NCBI GenBank assembly: GCA_023334545.1
Contig: JAADVB010000026.1
Coordinates: 1 to 64,000 of the forward strand
Reading direction: 5' to 3'
Origin: Salisapilia sapeloensis CBS 127946
Lineage: Eukaryota; Protista; Oomycota
Length of the DNA: 64,000 nucleotides
Of the stretch, positions 46,176 through 57,037 are shown piece by piece (the stretch's first letter is position 1; each line of letters starts with the position of its first letter). Under the pieces are notes generated by a model. It saw only the letters and a program-made list of their open reading frames with translations. It was not told the origin of the DNA and did no database searches. A program made the position numbers and the translations under genes.

Positions 46176-49100
46176 ATGGGGGCATCAGCTTCAATCGAAT
46201 CCAACAATGGCATCCCGTTATCACCTCGCGTTGAAAATGGGATTAACATGGACCTGATCGCTAGAATGAGTGAAAGCTACAAACGTATGAAAGATGATGA
46301 TGTACCTGATGAAGCTATGTTTGAGCGCATGAAGACGGTAAAGAACTGTACAAGAAGCTCTGCTTAATTTATTTTAATACCTTTTGTAAATCTCGAATAG
46401 CTCTGCACCAAGGCGTACGCGGACGGTTCTGGTAAAAAGTTCTGTCGGCGTGCTTCGGACGCATCTCGCAAGAAGAGAGAAGTTATTTTTGGCAAAGGGC
46501 TTGTAAGAACAATGCGCAATATCTACAGTATCCTCGTGATTGAACAAGGAATTGTCTGGATAGGATATCGCAAGCGATGCTGGTCTTGTACCGAAGCGTC
46601 CTTCAGAGCATAAGAGTGCCGAGACCATGGCTATCCTAAAAAAAGCGCTCCAGTCAATCTTGTTTACAGGGTCCAGCAATGAAGACTTTGACAAAGTGCG
46701 TGCATTAATATGGTTATTTGGTTCGCTGTGTCTAATGCTAGTCGCCTATAGGTCCTTTTCATTATGCAGCGACTAGTAGTTGAACCAGGTGAGTACGTGA
46801 TCAAGCAAGGAGACATTGGAGATCAGTTCTTCATCGTTCAATCTGGCACATTGGATGCTATTGTCAACAATTCGACGGTTGGACAGCTCAGTGTTGGAGA
46901 CCACTTTGGAGAACTCGCTCTTATCTATGATGGTAACCTCGAATTATAACAGGCAAACAGTAAACGCATTGACATGGAACACTGCATGTAGCTCCTCGTG
47001 CCGCTACGATTCAAGCAGTAGATAAATCTGTGTTGTGGTCACTTGACCGTGAAGAGTTTCGCATGGTAGAGTCGATTAATGAAGTATTGATGAGCTCTAA
47101 ATCTAATTTGGCTATACGCTAGATGCAAGCTAGATCCTCGAACAATTCTTTAGCGAAGCGAGCCAAATGGCTTCGCCAAGTTGACATCCTTGCGACTCTA
47201 TCTCAGCGTCAATTAGCCATCCTTGCAAGTGTACTACAAGCTGTAACGTTTGAAAAAGGAGAGCAGATTATCAAGCAAGGAGACGTTGGTGACACGTTTT
47301 ACATTGTCGAAGAAGGGCTGACTTCCTGCCGTATCGACGGTCTGCCTACATACATGGATACGGCTAATTCAGTTGGGACTTACCTTTCATGTTTATGTAG
47401 TGCCCGGAAGATCGAATGAGGGTGAAGACAGTATGCAAGGAATCGAGGTAAACGTCTATGCTGCATATAAGATACACCTAGTTTCTCATTGCTTCCCTAG
47501 ATTGCTCGCTTTGGTCCAGGTGACTACTTTGGTGAAATGGCATTGCTGAGTGATGTGCCTCGCAATGCTAGCGTTTACGCCATTGAGTCGGTCAAGTGTC
47601 TCACGATGGAGCGTCAGGAGTTTGACTCCATGCTTGGTCCCTTGACAGAATTGCTCGATACGAATAGTCGTATCCGCATCTTGCGCATGTTCCCGTTCTT
47701 TAGTGAAGCCAGCACCGAAGACCTGAGCTTCGTTGTCTCTCAATTGGAAATCAAAGTCTTCCACGACTCCCAGTGCATATTCAAGGAAGGAGATGTTGCC
47801 ACCACTTTTTATATTGTCAAGTCGGGATGCGTCAAGCTGATCGAGTATTCGAAAGACGCAAATACCGGTCAGAAGGTATCTCGTGAGTCACTACTAAAGG
47901 CGAATGACACCTTCGGCGTTGAATGTCTCGATCAGGTTGGATCGTATACATCAACAGCAGTCTCTTGTGGCAGATCCCAATGTCAATGGCTGAAGCTGGG
48001 CAATATCACTCGTTCCGGTAAAAGGCAGTTTACACAAAAGATGAGCAACTACCCTACATCAGCAGCAGCTCAGTATAGTAGTATTCGCTTTGAAGATTTG
48101 CGAACAGTTAGTCTATATCTTTCATATCGTAGTATGCGACGGCATTATTAACGTGATGTTCATGAGTAGATTGGTATTTTGGGCGAAGGGTCCTTTGGCA
48201 GAGTTGCTTTAGTCCATACCTCTATCGATGGAGAAATGAGCGAGCCGATGGCAATGAAAGTACTAGCCAAGTCACACGTTGTGGAAACCGATCAGATGAT
48301 ACAAGTGAAAAGAGAGAAGGAAGCGTTGTCGACACTTCCATATCATCCATTCATTGTGGAGCTCTACAACACTTACCAAGACTATAACTACTTGTACTTG
48401 CTGATGGAGTTTATTCAAGGAGGTGAATTATTCACACTGCTACGCAACGAAGAATTCATCGAAACTGTGGATGAAGCTGCTGTCCGTTTCTACTCTGCGA
48501 ATGTCATACTTGGTCTGCAGCACATGCATCGGTATGATACGGTCTACCGCGACTTGAAACCAGAGAACCTTGTCATCAATAAGCAAGGTTACTTAAAATT
48601 CGTCGACTTTGGCTTTGCCAAGAAGATTCCCTTTACGATCGTCAACAGCGACGGAGTCGAAGAGCTACACTCGCGCACATATACGCTCTGTGGTACCCTC
48701 GAGTACTTGGCACCGGAGCTTGTCCTCAACACCGGTCACGACCTCGCCGTGGATAACTGTACGTATCGCTACAAGTGACCACATACTTTTCTATCTAACT
48801 CGCTTATTACAGGGTCTCTGGGTATTTTGATCTACGAGATGCTAGTGGGTTATACACCTTTCAGCACACCTGATGGAGATACGAATCAGCTTTTCCGGAA
48901 CGTTGCCATGGTTCGTACAGGTGCCAATGCCGTCGACTTTCCATTTCATTTATTAGAAAATTGTCCCAATGCGTGCGACCTCGTTCGACGCTTACTCCAA
49001 GGAGATCCAACTAAACGCATTGGTGTCGGTATCAACGGCGACCAGGACCTTCGTCAACATCCTTGGTTCAGTCGCATCGAATGGGAAAAACTTTATGCAA

Positions 49101-49234
49101 TGCAACTCGAACCACCCTACTTGCCACCTCTAGAAGGCAAGTTCGACTTGTCGTTATTCGAAGGTGAACTCGGGAATCGTGCCAAGGATCGACCATTTGA
49201 TGGTAATGGACAAGAACTCTTTGCAGATTTTTAG
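46176..49234 (+). CDS. AGC kinase fused to three cyclic-nucleotide-binding domains (PKG-like layout), multi-exon
   Basis: MGASAS start; CNB1 FGELALIYD|APRAATI; CNB2 FGEMALLSDVPRNASV; CNB3 degenerate; kinase GEGSFGRV, AMK, YRDLKPEN, DFGFAKK, TLCGTLEYLAPE; ends FADF. Confidence 0.88.
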
Positions 49235-49381
49235 ATGTGAACGTACTAGATAAAACACAACTCGATGGAAGACTTTGCAAACGATACATTTTTTAACTCT
49301 TGTTCGTTCACATCTTCGACTGCTTGCCGGTAATATTGGCATGCGTCTCATACTGGACGCCGACGGATTCTCCTTACTGGT

Positions 49382-51748
49382 TTAAGGTGAAAAAGAGATA
49401 AAGTCATCACGAATTGGTGACGAGATAGGATCGTCTTTTGCCATTGTCTTTGTTGCTTTCAACGGGAATGGACGTAGAAGACGTTCTGCACCAGTCACAT
49501 GTGCTCCATAGGACACGCGCTCATGCACACCATTCGTGATGATCACTTCATAATACCCAGGATACACGACGTGGTTACCAGCATTATCAAACAGTCCAAA
49601 CGTCCCAGCGTCCACTTGAATCTTCACATTAGCCGACTCCTGCGGACGTAAACTAATGCGCTGATAAGCAAAGAGTTGTTGATTCAAAAGCGTAGCTGGT
49701 CCAGTCGCATTCTTCACATCCAACGGTCGGAAGTACGCAAGCACAACTTCATCTCCCTCTCTATCCCCTGTATTCGACACCTTCACTTTGATCGTCTGCT
49801 TGTCGTCATTCTCTGTATACAGCATCTTATCCGAGTGGTTATCCACCCCAGTAAAGCGGAACGTAGTGTAGCTGAGTCCCCATCCGAAGGGAAAGACCGG
49901 TATTTCCTTATAGTATCGATAAGACCGACCTGGATACGCCGTCATGCTCATACTCTTCATACTGACTTTATCAACATAATCTGACCGGTACATGGTCACC
50001 GGTAGCTTTCCACCCGGGTTATAGTCCCCAAAGAGTGCTTCAGCCATGGCTTGTGCGCCATATATACCAGGATAAAATGCTTCTACAAGTCCATCCGTCT
50101 GGAGCACGATCTCTTCTGCGCCAATGACGCCTCCATTCAGCAGCACGACAACCATCGGCTTCTTTAGCTTCCGAACGTCTCGCAAAAGCCTCATCTGAGG
50201 CTCGGGTAGTCGGATATCTCGTCGGTCATTCACTTCCTCCTCGATCTTCGTGTCCAGTCCAAGAAACAAGACGACTGTATCCGCTTCCTTTGCCACATTC
50301 AAAGCTTCTACCAGGTCTTCCTCCGTACCAACTTGCACATCGCTTCCCTTGGCAGTCATTGTATACTCCTCTCCATTCATAGCACGCATCGCCTCTGCCG
50401 GGGACTCGACACAATCAAAGTCTTTCCGACCTCCATGACAAACCCATCCGAGGTAGTTCCCAAGCAATGCTTCTCTTGCTTCAATATGAGGTCCAATCAC
50501 AGCTAGCTTCCGACGTCTTTTTAGCGGCAAGACTTGTTTTTCGTTCTGGAGTAGAATCAGTGACTTGCGTGTGATTTCTAAACTCTTTTCCATCGATGAC
50601 TTCTTATTCACTTCACTTGGTGCGACGTGCCAATACGTTTGATTTTCAATCGGATCAAATAACCCGAGATCAAAACGCAGTTGTAACGTATTTCGCATAG
50701 CAGCGTCGATATACTTTTCATCGAGCTCTTTGCTCATAACAAGAGATTCAAGACACTTTTGGTAGACAGAGCCACTGTTCACGTCCGTACCACGCATGAT
50801 CGATAGCTTCCCGACTTCACATAACGATGCACCAAAGTGTGCTTTCTTGTAGTAACCTTCTAAAGCACCACTGTCTGTTGTTACGTAGCCTTGAAACTTA
50901 TATGTGTCTCGTAATAAGGAATTCATCGCATCGTGCGTACACATTGGCATGCCATTTAAACTATTATATGAGCACATGATCCCTCTCGCCTTGCCATCAA
51001 TCACAGACGTCCTAAAAGCAGGCAAGTACGTGTCGACAAAGTCGTAATTAGACACGAGAGCATCGAAGGCCATGCGATTTACATGATCGTAGTCGTCGAA
51101 AGAGTAGGCGAACCAGTGCTTGAGCGTGACTACGGCTTGCATGTACTTTGGATCTTTTCCTTCTTGCAAGCCACGCGAATAGGCAGCTCCGTATAGCCCG
51201 TTGATAAGCGGATCTTCCGATGGCGTCTCCATGTTGCGTCCCCATCGCGGATCGCGATTGATATTGATATTCGGCGACCAGCAGTCAAGACCAATGTGGA
51301 TATTATTCGACGCTTCTGTCGCTCCTTCAAGCCATAGAGCTCGAAGCTCCCATCCGATGATCTCTGCCATGTCGTATGCGGCCTGTGGATCGAAGACAGC
51401 TCCGAAGTTGACGGGATTCGGGAAGGATGTCGGGCAGTTCGTGCCACAACTCGACTGGACACCGTGCACGCAATTGCCACCCCAGTCATACTCTGGTACG
51501 CCTAGACGTGGAACTCTGTCGTTAGGACTGGCTCGTGCAGTTAGCATTTGCACCTTTTCATGCGTCGTTAGGCGCGAGATGAGATCGTCGATACGAGCTT
51601 CGGTCGATAATTTCGTGTCACAAAAAGGATATTGCTGATGCTCTGGTTCAGAACAAGCGCGTCCGATGGGTGTAGGAACATTGGCATTTGAAATAGGTCC
51701 GTTGGCAAGCAGCACAAGGACGGAGAAGACCGTCGCGAGTACTCGCAT
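49382..51748 (-). CDS. Secreted GH3 beta-xylosidase/beta-glucosidase
   Basis: Signal peptide; WSPNININRDPRWGRNMETPSEDP; KHW; nucleophile motif YVTTDSG; PGGKLPVT; FPFGWGLSYT; Fn3-like tail. Confidence 0.93.
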   Translation of the reverse strand: MRVLATVFSVLVLLANGPISNANVPTPIGRACSEPEHQQYPFCDTKLSTEARIDDLISRLTTHEKVQMLTARASPNDRVPRLGVPEYDWGGNCVHGVQSSCGTNCPTSFPNPVNFGAVFDPQAAYDMAEIIGWELRALWLEGATEASNNIHIGLDCWSPNININRDPRWGRNMETPSEDPLINGLYGAAYSRGLQEGKDPKYMQAVVTLKHWFAYSFDDYDHVNRMAFDALVSNYDFVDTYLPAFRTSVIDGKARGIMCSYNSLNGMPMCTHDAMNSLLRDTYKFQGYVTTDSGALEGYYKKAHFGASLCEVGKLSIMRGTDVNSGSVYQKCLESLVMSKELDEKYIDAAMRNTLQLRFDLGLFDPIENQTYWHVAPSEVNKKSSMEKSLEITRKSLILLQNEKQVLPLKRRRKLAVIGPHIEAREALLGNYLGWVCHGGRKDFDCVESPAEAMRAMNGEEYTMTAKGSDVQVGTEEDLVEALNVAKEADTVVLFLGLDTKIEEEVNDRRDIRLPEPQMRLLRDVRKLKKPMVVVLLNGGVIGAEEIVLQTDGLVEAFYPGIYGAQAMAEALFGDYNPGGKLPVTMYRSDYVDKVSMKSMSMTAYPGRSYRYYKEIPVFPFGWGLSYTTFRFTGVDNHSDKMLYTENDDKQTIKVKVSNTGDREGDEVVLAYFRPLDVKNATGPATLLNQQLFAYQRISLRPQESANVKIQVDAGTFGLFDNAGNHVVYPGYYEVIITNGVHERVSYGAHVTGAERLLRPFPLKATKTMAKDDPISSPIRDDFISFSP

Positions 51749-51871
51749 GCTCCCTTATTGAGTAGGTTTGAAAATATCATCTTTTAGGAAATTAATAGGC
51801 GATGGTAGCCTTCTTGAAGTTGAATTCGGAAAAGGCATAGTGAAAGTAAGATAATTGATAGTGTAAAATGG

Positions 51872-52359
51872 TCAAAGAGGCAAACTCAGGTGCAACGGAG
51901 CTTCAATAGCATGAAAGATATCGAGCAACGCAGGTGACGAATGCAGCGTGAGGTCGAGAGGCCATTGAAGCTCGGTAGATGTGTGCTGTACGAGAGTACA
52001 AAGAACAGGATATGGTGCAGTGATAGGCTGTGAGTGGTGAGAGCTGACGTGGTATTACATCGACGAAGCGCTACAAATAATGATCGATGGGATGCCTTCA
52101 CAATGGCTCTATTGGAGTCTGTACAAGCGACACTTTTGAATGAATGCAGCTTTGCTATAAACAGAACAACACTAGAATCGTCAACAAATGCAGAGTAGAC
52201 CGATTCCTACTAGTAGAAATAGGACTTCAAGAACTCGACTCGCCGAAGACACTGATAATTGAAGAAACATCAACATCTATACAAAGTCCTACCATCCAAA
52301 CGACTGATCTCCAGCTCGTAGCAATCAGTAGTCTGCTTGCAACTTCCCGAGCAGGTCAT
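51872..52359 (-). CDS. Putative 87-aa protein from five small exons (absent from the ORF track)
   Basis: Exons 52359-52293, 52251-52211, 52154-52125, 52070-52059 and 51985-51872 are joined by four GTA..AG introns (41, 56, 54, 73 nt) and stay in frame to TGA. No homology recognised. Confidence 0.4.
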
Positions 52360-52600
52360 CTGATCACGTCGACTGGATACGCGATCACCGTTCTTCAAGC
52401 AACCAGAAATTACTGCCAAAAAGCATATTCACCCAAACTTCTGCTATTATATATATATTTTCTCTTTTGTACCGTCAAATCGATACAAAAGTACACCATT
52501 TATTATATAAATAGTATCGCTCATATACTATTCACATTTTCTACATGTGACCTCGAGTAACATTCACCGTCCAAATCCAAATTGCACATCTTTCGCTACG

Positions 52601-54045
52601 ATGGTCAAGCTCTCGCTATCTCGTTCCACGCCGCAGACGGTCGGTTCTTTCCTCAACTTCATCAACAAGTCGCCGTCGCCATTCCACGCCGTCAAAGAGA
52701 CCGCGGAGACGCTCACGGCCGCAGGTTTCCAGCCTCTGCGTGAGAGCGACACATGGAACAGCGTCCAGCCCGGTGGCAAGTACTACGTTACGCGCAACCA
52801 ATCCGCCATCGTAAGCACCAGTCATACACTGTACAGACGACAAAACTAAATCATTTATTCCACTAGGTTGCGTTTGCTGTCGGTGGCAAGTTCAAGCCTG
52901 GCAATGGCTTCCACGTGATTGGAGCCCACACGGATAGTCCGTGTCTCAAGGTGAAGCCGGTCTCGAGTCTCGAGAGCAACGGATGGCTGCAGGTCGGTGT
53001 CGAATGCTACGGTGGTGGGCTCTTCCACACCTGGTTCGACCGCGATCTCGGTCTTGCTGGCCGTGTCATCGTTAGCGACAAGGACAGCAACACCTTCCAG
53101 TCGCGTCTCGTCCTCATCAACAAGCCGATTATGCGTATCCCAACGCTTGCCATCCACCTCGACCGTGAAGTTGGCACGAAAGGTTTCCAATTTAACAAGG
53201 AAACTCAATTGCGCCCTGTGATCGCGACGGCTGCGAGAGCAGAGCTCGAGTCCACAGTCTCTGGCTCGGAAGACTCGCCCAAGCACCAGTCCGTACTCAT
53301 GCAGCTTCTTGCGAAGGAGCTAGACGTTGAAGTCGATGCCATTCGCGACTTTGAACTCTGCCTCTTCGACACCCAAGGCGCCAACACCGGTGGTGCGCTG
53401 GATGAATTTATCTACTCGCCGAGATTGGACAATTTGTGTTGCTCGTGGCTTGCCACCAAGTCTCTCGTCGACTCGTCTTCTAACTTGGAGGAGGATAGCA
53501 ACGTCCGTGTCGCTGCTCTCTTCGATAACGAAGAAGTGGGCTCCAATTCACGTCAAGGAGCTGCCTCCAACTTCCTTCAGTCCGTCATGGAACGTGTGAG
53601 TGGAGGCCAGTTGCCGCATGAAGCCACGAGAAAGAGTGTTTTGGTGTCTGCAGATATGGCTCACGCGGTGCACCCGAACTACGCTGAAAAGCATGAATCC
53701 AACCACCGTCCGGCTCTGCACAAGGGTCCAGTGATTAAGTACAATGCGAACGAACGCTACGCAACTACGAGCGAATCTGCCTTTTTGCTCAAGGAGATCG
53801 CTAGACGCCACGAAGTTCCGATCCAAGAGTTTGTCGTACGTCAGGACATGGGCTGTGGCTCTACGATCGGTCCGATTCTTTCGACGGAATCTGGTATTCG
53901 AACCATTGACGTCGGTGTCGCGCAGTTGAGTATGCATAGCATCCGAGAGATGTGTGGAACGGAAGACTTGGAGATGACACTCAAGTGGTTCACTGGATTC
54001 TACGCCGAGTTTGCTGATCTCGACAGCAAATTGACGACGGATTAG
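52601..54045 (+). CDS. DNPEP: Aspartyl aminopeptidase (M18), 2 exons
   Basis: FINKSPSPFHAV, YYVTRNQSAI|VAFAVG, IGAHTDSP, RLDNL, FDNEEVGS, ADMAHAVHPNY, GSTIGPI, MHSIRE. Confidence 0.95.
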
Positions 54046-54142
54046 TTGGGCAAGATGCAGTGAAGAGAGAGAAACAGGGTTACATGTTGACCAAGTTAGT
54101 TGGAGTTTGTACTTTTTGTTAGATAATCTTTTTCATCGGTTG

Positions 54143-56863
54143 CTACGCCTTGGACGATGGCAAGCAGACGGATCGAAGTGCTTCGATCCAAAGGTCTCGA
54201 GTTGCTTCCGAGTCTGCCTCTAAATCCAATCGTCGATCTCCTCCGACAATAGAGAAACACTTGCGAAGCAATTTACCTAGTAGAAGCAGAATGTTATCGA
54301 ATAGAGCATTAGGATATGTAGGATCGTCCAAGTTACCATCGTTCGAAGTCCGTGTGAATACGTCACGTGGTCTTGATGCTGCAGTCGGGACGACGGATTT
54401 TATCCGTCGTATCGGTAGGCTTTCCATGCTCGACGGGTTCTTCTTGTTCACAGGTCTCCAATACAAGACATCGAGGTCCGTGGAGCTCCAGACGTACCAT
54501 CGATGCGGATTTCCCCATTGCCCGACTTTCTTAAACAAGGCTCCTTTACGCAATGTGCTACGATACAAAGTCGTGTTGGCACCGAATAAGGAGGATGTAG
54601 AGGACTTTGGCGTGAGATCGCCAGAACGAACGCGAGGAGATAGTGCATGTGTCGACCGTGGTGATCGATTTAAAGTTGCTTCATCGCTTTGGTCAGGTAC
54701 TAGACTTCCTTCTAAGAGAATGCTCTGGGACTTCTTGCCCGTGTCTCCGTCAGCAGTTTCATTAGAACTTTCAACCTGATTCATCTCGCCATCCAGCTCT
54801 TCCAGATCGTCTTCTAATGGCGATAGACCATCTTCGTGATCAACAAGGCTATCTTGGTCGTCAAAGTTTCGTCTCATTTGTCCATGATGTATCAATGCAG
54901 CCTTAGTGAGTCTGTTTAACGCTTGTTGGCCTCTTTCATCACGGCATGGAACAAGTACACTCGTCTGAGATGGGATGCAAGTGGGCAACACAACTCGACG
55001 TGTTGGACTCGATGTCGTCTCATACCTCTGTGATTTCTCAGGGGAAGCTACTTCCTTTGCTATATCTTCGTTTTCACTGTAACTCGAAGGTGTAGGAGGT
55101 GCAACCGTAAGGTAGTCTGGAGATCCTTCCACACGCCACATATCGAAAAACTTATTCGTGAACGCGACTGAGCCGCGATAGAACCTTGTTCCGTACACGG
55201 AAGTCGAGGCATGATTGTGGAGGATTTCAAGGACGCGAGTACGACTTAATCCTCGACTTAGATGATGAAATACTGCCTTGAAACACAGCAAGCTGTCTCC
55301 ATTCAAGTGTTTTCCGTATGCAGACAGACCTATACGTCCTAGCGCATCTAGGAAGGCTGAAAAGCCCATGCACAGACGCTTTACTTGATTATCTGCAAAT
55401 GTATAAACTATTAGCCCATCAACACTTTTGAGAACACGTCGTAAGGTTTCAATCACGCCAGCAGCGTCCGACTTAATGCTACTGGCGATATCTAAATCTT
55501 CTTCTGGAGGATTGTTCAGCATAGATGAATGAAATGGTGTGCTTGCACACGACGCGAGGAAGATGTGCGCCGCACCAACACTGGATAGTGGAAGGTTGGC
55601 AAAGTTAAAGTCAGTGATAAACCTCTGGAAATCCGGATAAGCCATGAACAGCTCTTTCGTGCCGACAACCGAGTCGACTGCCTGGCTTTTGGCATAGAAC
55701 ATGAACATGTCAAGCAGAGGCTCAAGGAACTTGCACACGAACTGAATGGCACGAGGTTGTCGAAGACGTTTCGTGTTTGTCTGCCAAGTGTGTGTCGGCC
55801 ATCGGCGTGCGTACAATAAGATGTTGTCCAGAATCAAATGTTGGAAACGCGCTTCATACTCATCACTGTCTTTTAAGAACTTCTTTGGTGGAGGGACCCG
55901 ACGCACGTTTGCAACCTTCATCAAAGCTTTAATAAACTCATCATAAGTCATCTTGGACGTAGATGAACGTCCTTTTGTTTCCGAGGTGTAGATGATATTG
56001 ACAACGGCGGGTGTCAACTGACTTGTTAGTACACGGGCATCACGTAAGAGCTTCGTGAAATGATGAGACCGCAAGCTAGCTAATTCTCGACTGTCACCAT
56101 GGACACAGTAGTAAGTATACACATTCCAGAGCTCTTCGACTGGATCAGCGTAATTTCGCACTGGTGATGCAGGAGCGCTTCCAACGTCCGACCCTCTCTT
56201 CACTGGCCTTGGTGAAGACGCTACCGCGGACGAAAAGGATTTACTTGGTGACACGCAATTGGAAAAAGGAAGAATCGGAGTATTGCCTCCAAGAGATGAA
56301 AGTTTGCAAAAGTCCGCAACGATCTGCCGGGCCGGTTGATCTTGACTCGGGATCAAGGATAGTATCCTCGCATGATCCGGCCATAAGCACCCTTCTGGGT
56401 CAGACAACGCTACTTTCGTAGCTGGTACGCGCCAATAGAGAGCGCAGTCATGACGTAGCTGCTGGAATGTGTAGTCTTCAGGTATCCATATCGCAAAGCC
56501 TTCGCCCGATACCGTTTCGACCATGACCTTGTGGATAGCACGATTATCATCATCGTTCGTGTCAGCAGCATTTCGTACACCCTTGCGAGTGTTAATTGGA
56601 CGTATCTTTATGCAAGGAAAGTAAGACGATATCATCTGAGTGACCTCTTGTCTCGCACTAATCGGAACGCCGTCGTCTAGTACGAATTGAAAGTTCGTCG
56701 GGGCGTCATCGACACTTTGGCAAATGCTTTCCCGTGCCTCTTGAAGCGTCATGTGCTCATTCGTTTCAATAAAGCCAATGACCCCACGTCCATCTAATGC
56801 GACTCGAATGACATCATATGCCTGCCATTTCTGCCGTCGACCAAAATCACCTGGAGACATCAT
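54143..56863 (-). CDS. Multidomain protein: two ubiquitin-like folds, p25alpha/TPPP-like domain, C-terminal PH domain
   Basis: 906-aa ORF. LWNVYTYYC..G....L....FTKLLRDA....T...VNIIY....MTYDEFIKALMKVA resembles p25alpha; LRKGALFKK..RRLDLEADSEATRDLWIEAL is PH-like. Confidence 0.65.
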   Translation of the reverse strand: MMSPGDFGRRQKWQAYDVIRVALDGRGVIGFIETNEHMTLQEARESICQSVDDAPTNFQFVLDDGVPISARQEVTQMISSYFPCIKIRPINTRKGVRNAADTNDDDNRAIHKVMVETVSGEGFAIWIPEDYTFQQLRHDCALYWRVPATKVALSDPEGCLWPDHARILSLIPSQDQPARQIVADFCKLSSLGGNTPILPFSNCVSPSKSFSSAVASSPRPVKRGSDVGSAPASPVRNYADPVEELWNVYTYYCVHGDSRELASLRSHHFTKLLRDARVLTSQLTPAVVNIIYTSETKGRSSTSKMTYDEFIKALMKVANVRRVPPPKKFLKDSDEYEARFQHLILDNILLYARRWPTHTWQTNTKRLRQPRAIQFVCKFLEPLLDMFMFYAKSQAVDSVVGTKELFMAYPDFQRFITDFNFANLPLSSVGAAHIFLASCASTPFHSSMLNNPPEEDLDIASSIKSDAAGVIETLRRVLKSVDGLIVYTFADNQVKRLCMGFSAFLDALGRIGLSAYGKHLNGDSLLCFKAVFHHLSRGLSRTRVLEILHNHASTSVYGTRFYRGSVAFTNKFFDMWRVEGSPDYLTVAPPTPSSYSENEDIAKEVASPEKSQRYETTSSPTRRVVLPTCIPSQTSVLVPCRDERGQQALNRLTKAALIHHGQMRRNFDDQDSLVDHEDGLSPLEDDLEELDGEMNQVESSNETADGDTGKKSQSILLEGSLVPDQSDEATLNRSPRSTHALSPRVRSGDLTPKSSTSSLFGANTTLYRSTLRKGALFKKVGQWGNPHRWYVWSSTDLDVLYWRPVNKKNPSSMESLPIRRIKSVVPTAASRPRDVFTRTSNDGNLDDPTYPNALFDNILLLLGKLLRKCFSIVGGDRRLDLEADSEATRDLWIEALRSVCLPSSKA

Positions 56864-57037
56864 CCTACCAACTACTTATTCCCAACGTCGTCCGAGAGCT
56901 AAATTCCCTTTCAACCTGTAGCTTAAATGATGAATCTATGAATAGCATGGACTCGACAACGGAAATAACGACGATTTGAAAGGGTCAAGAACAATTTCGT
57001 ATTGTCATGTTTGACATTAAGAGAGGAAAAAAGTGAG

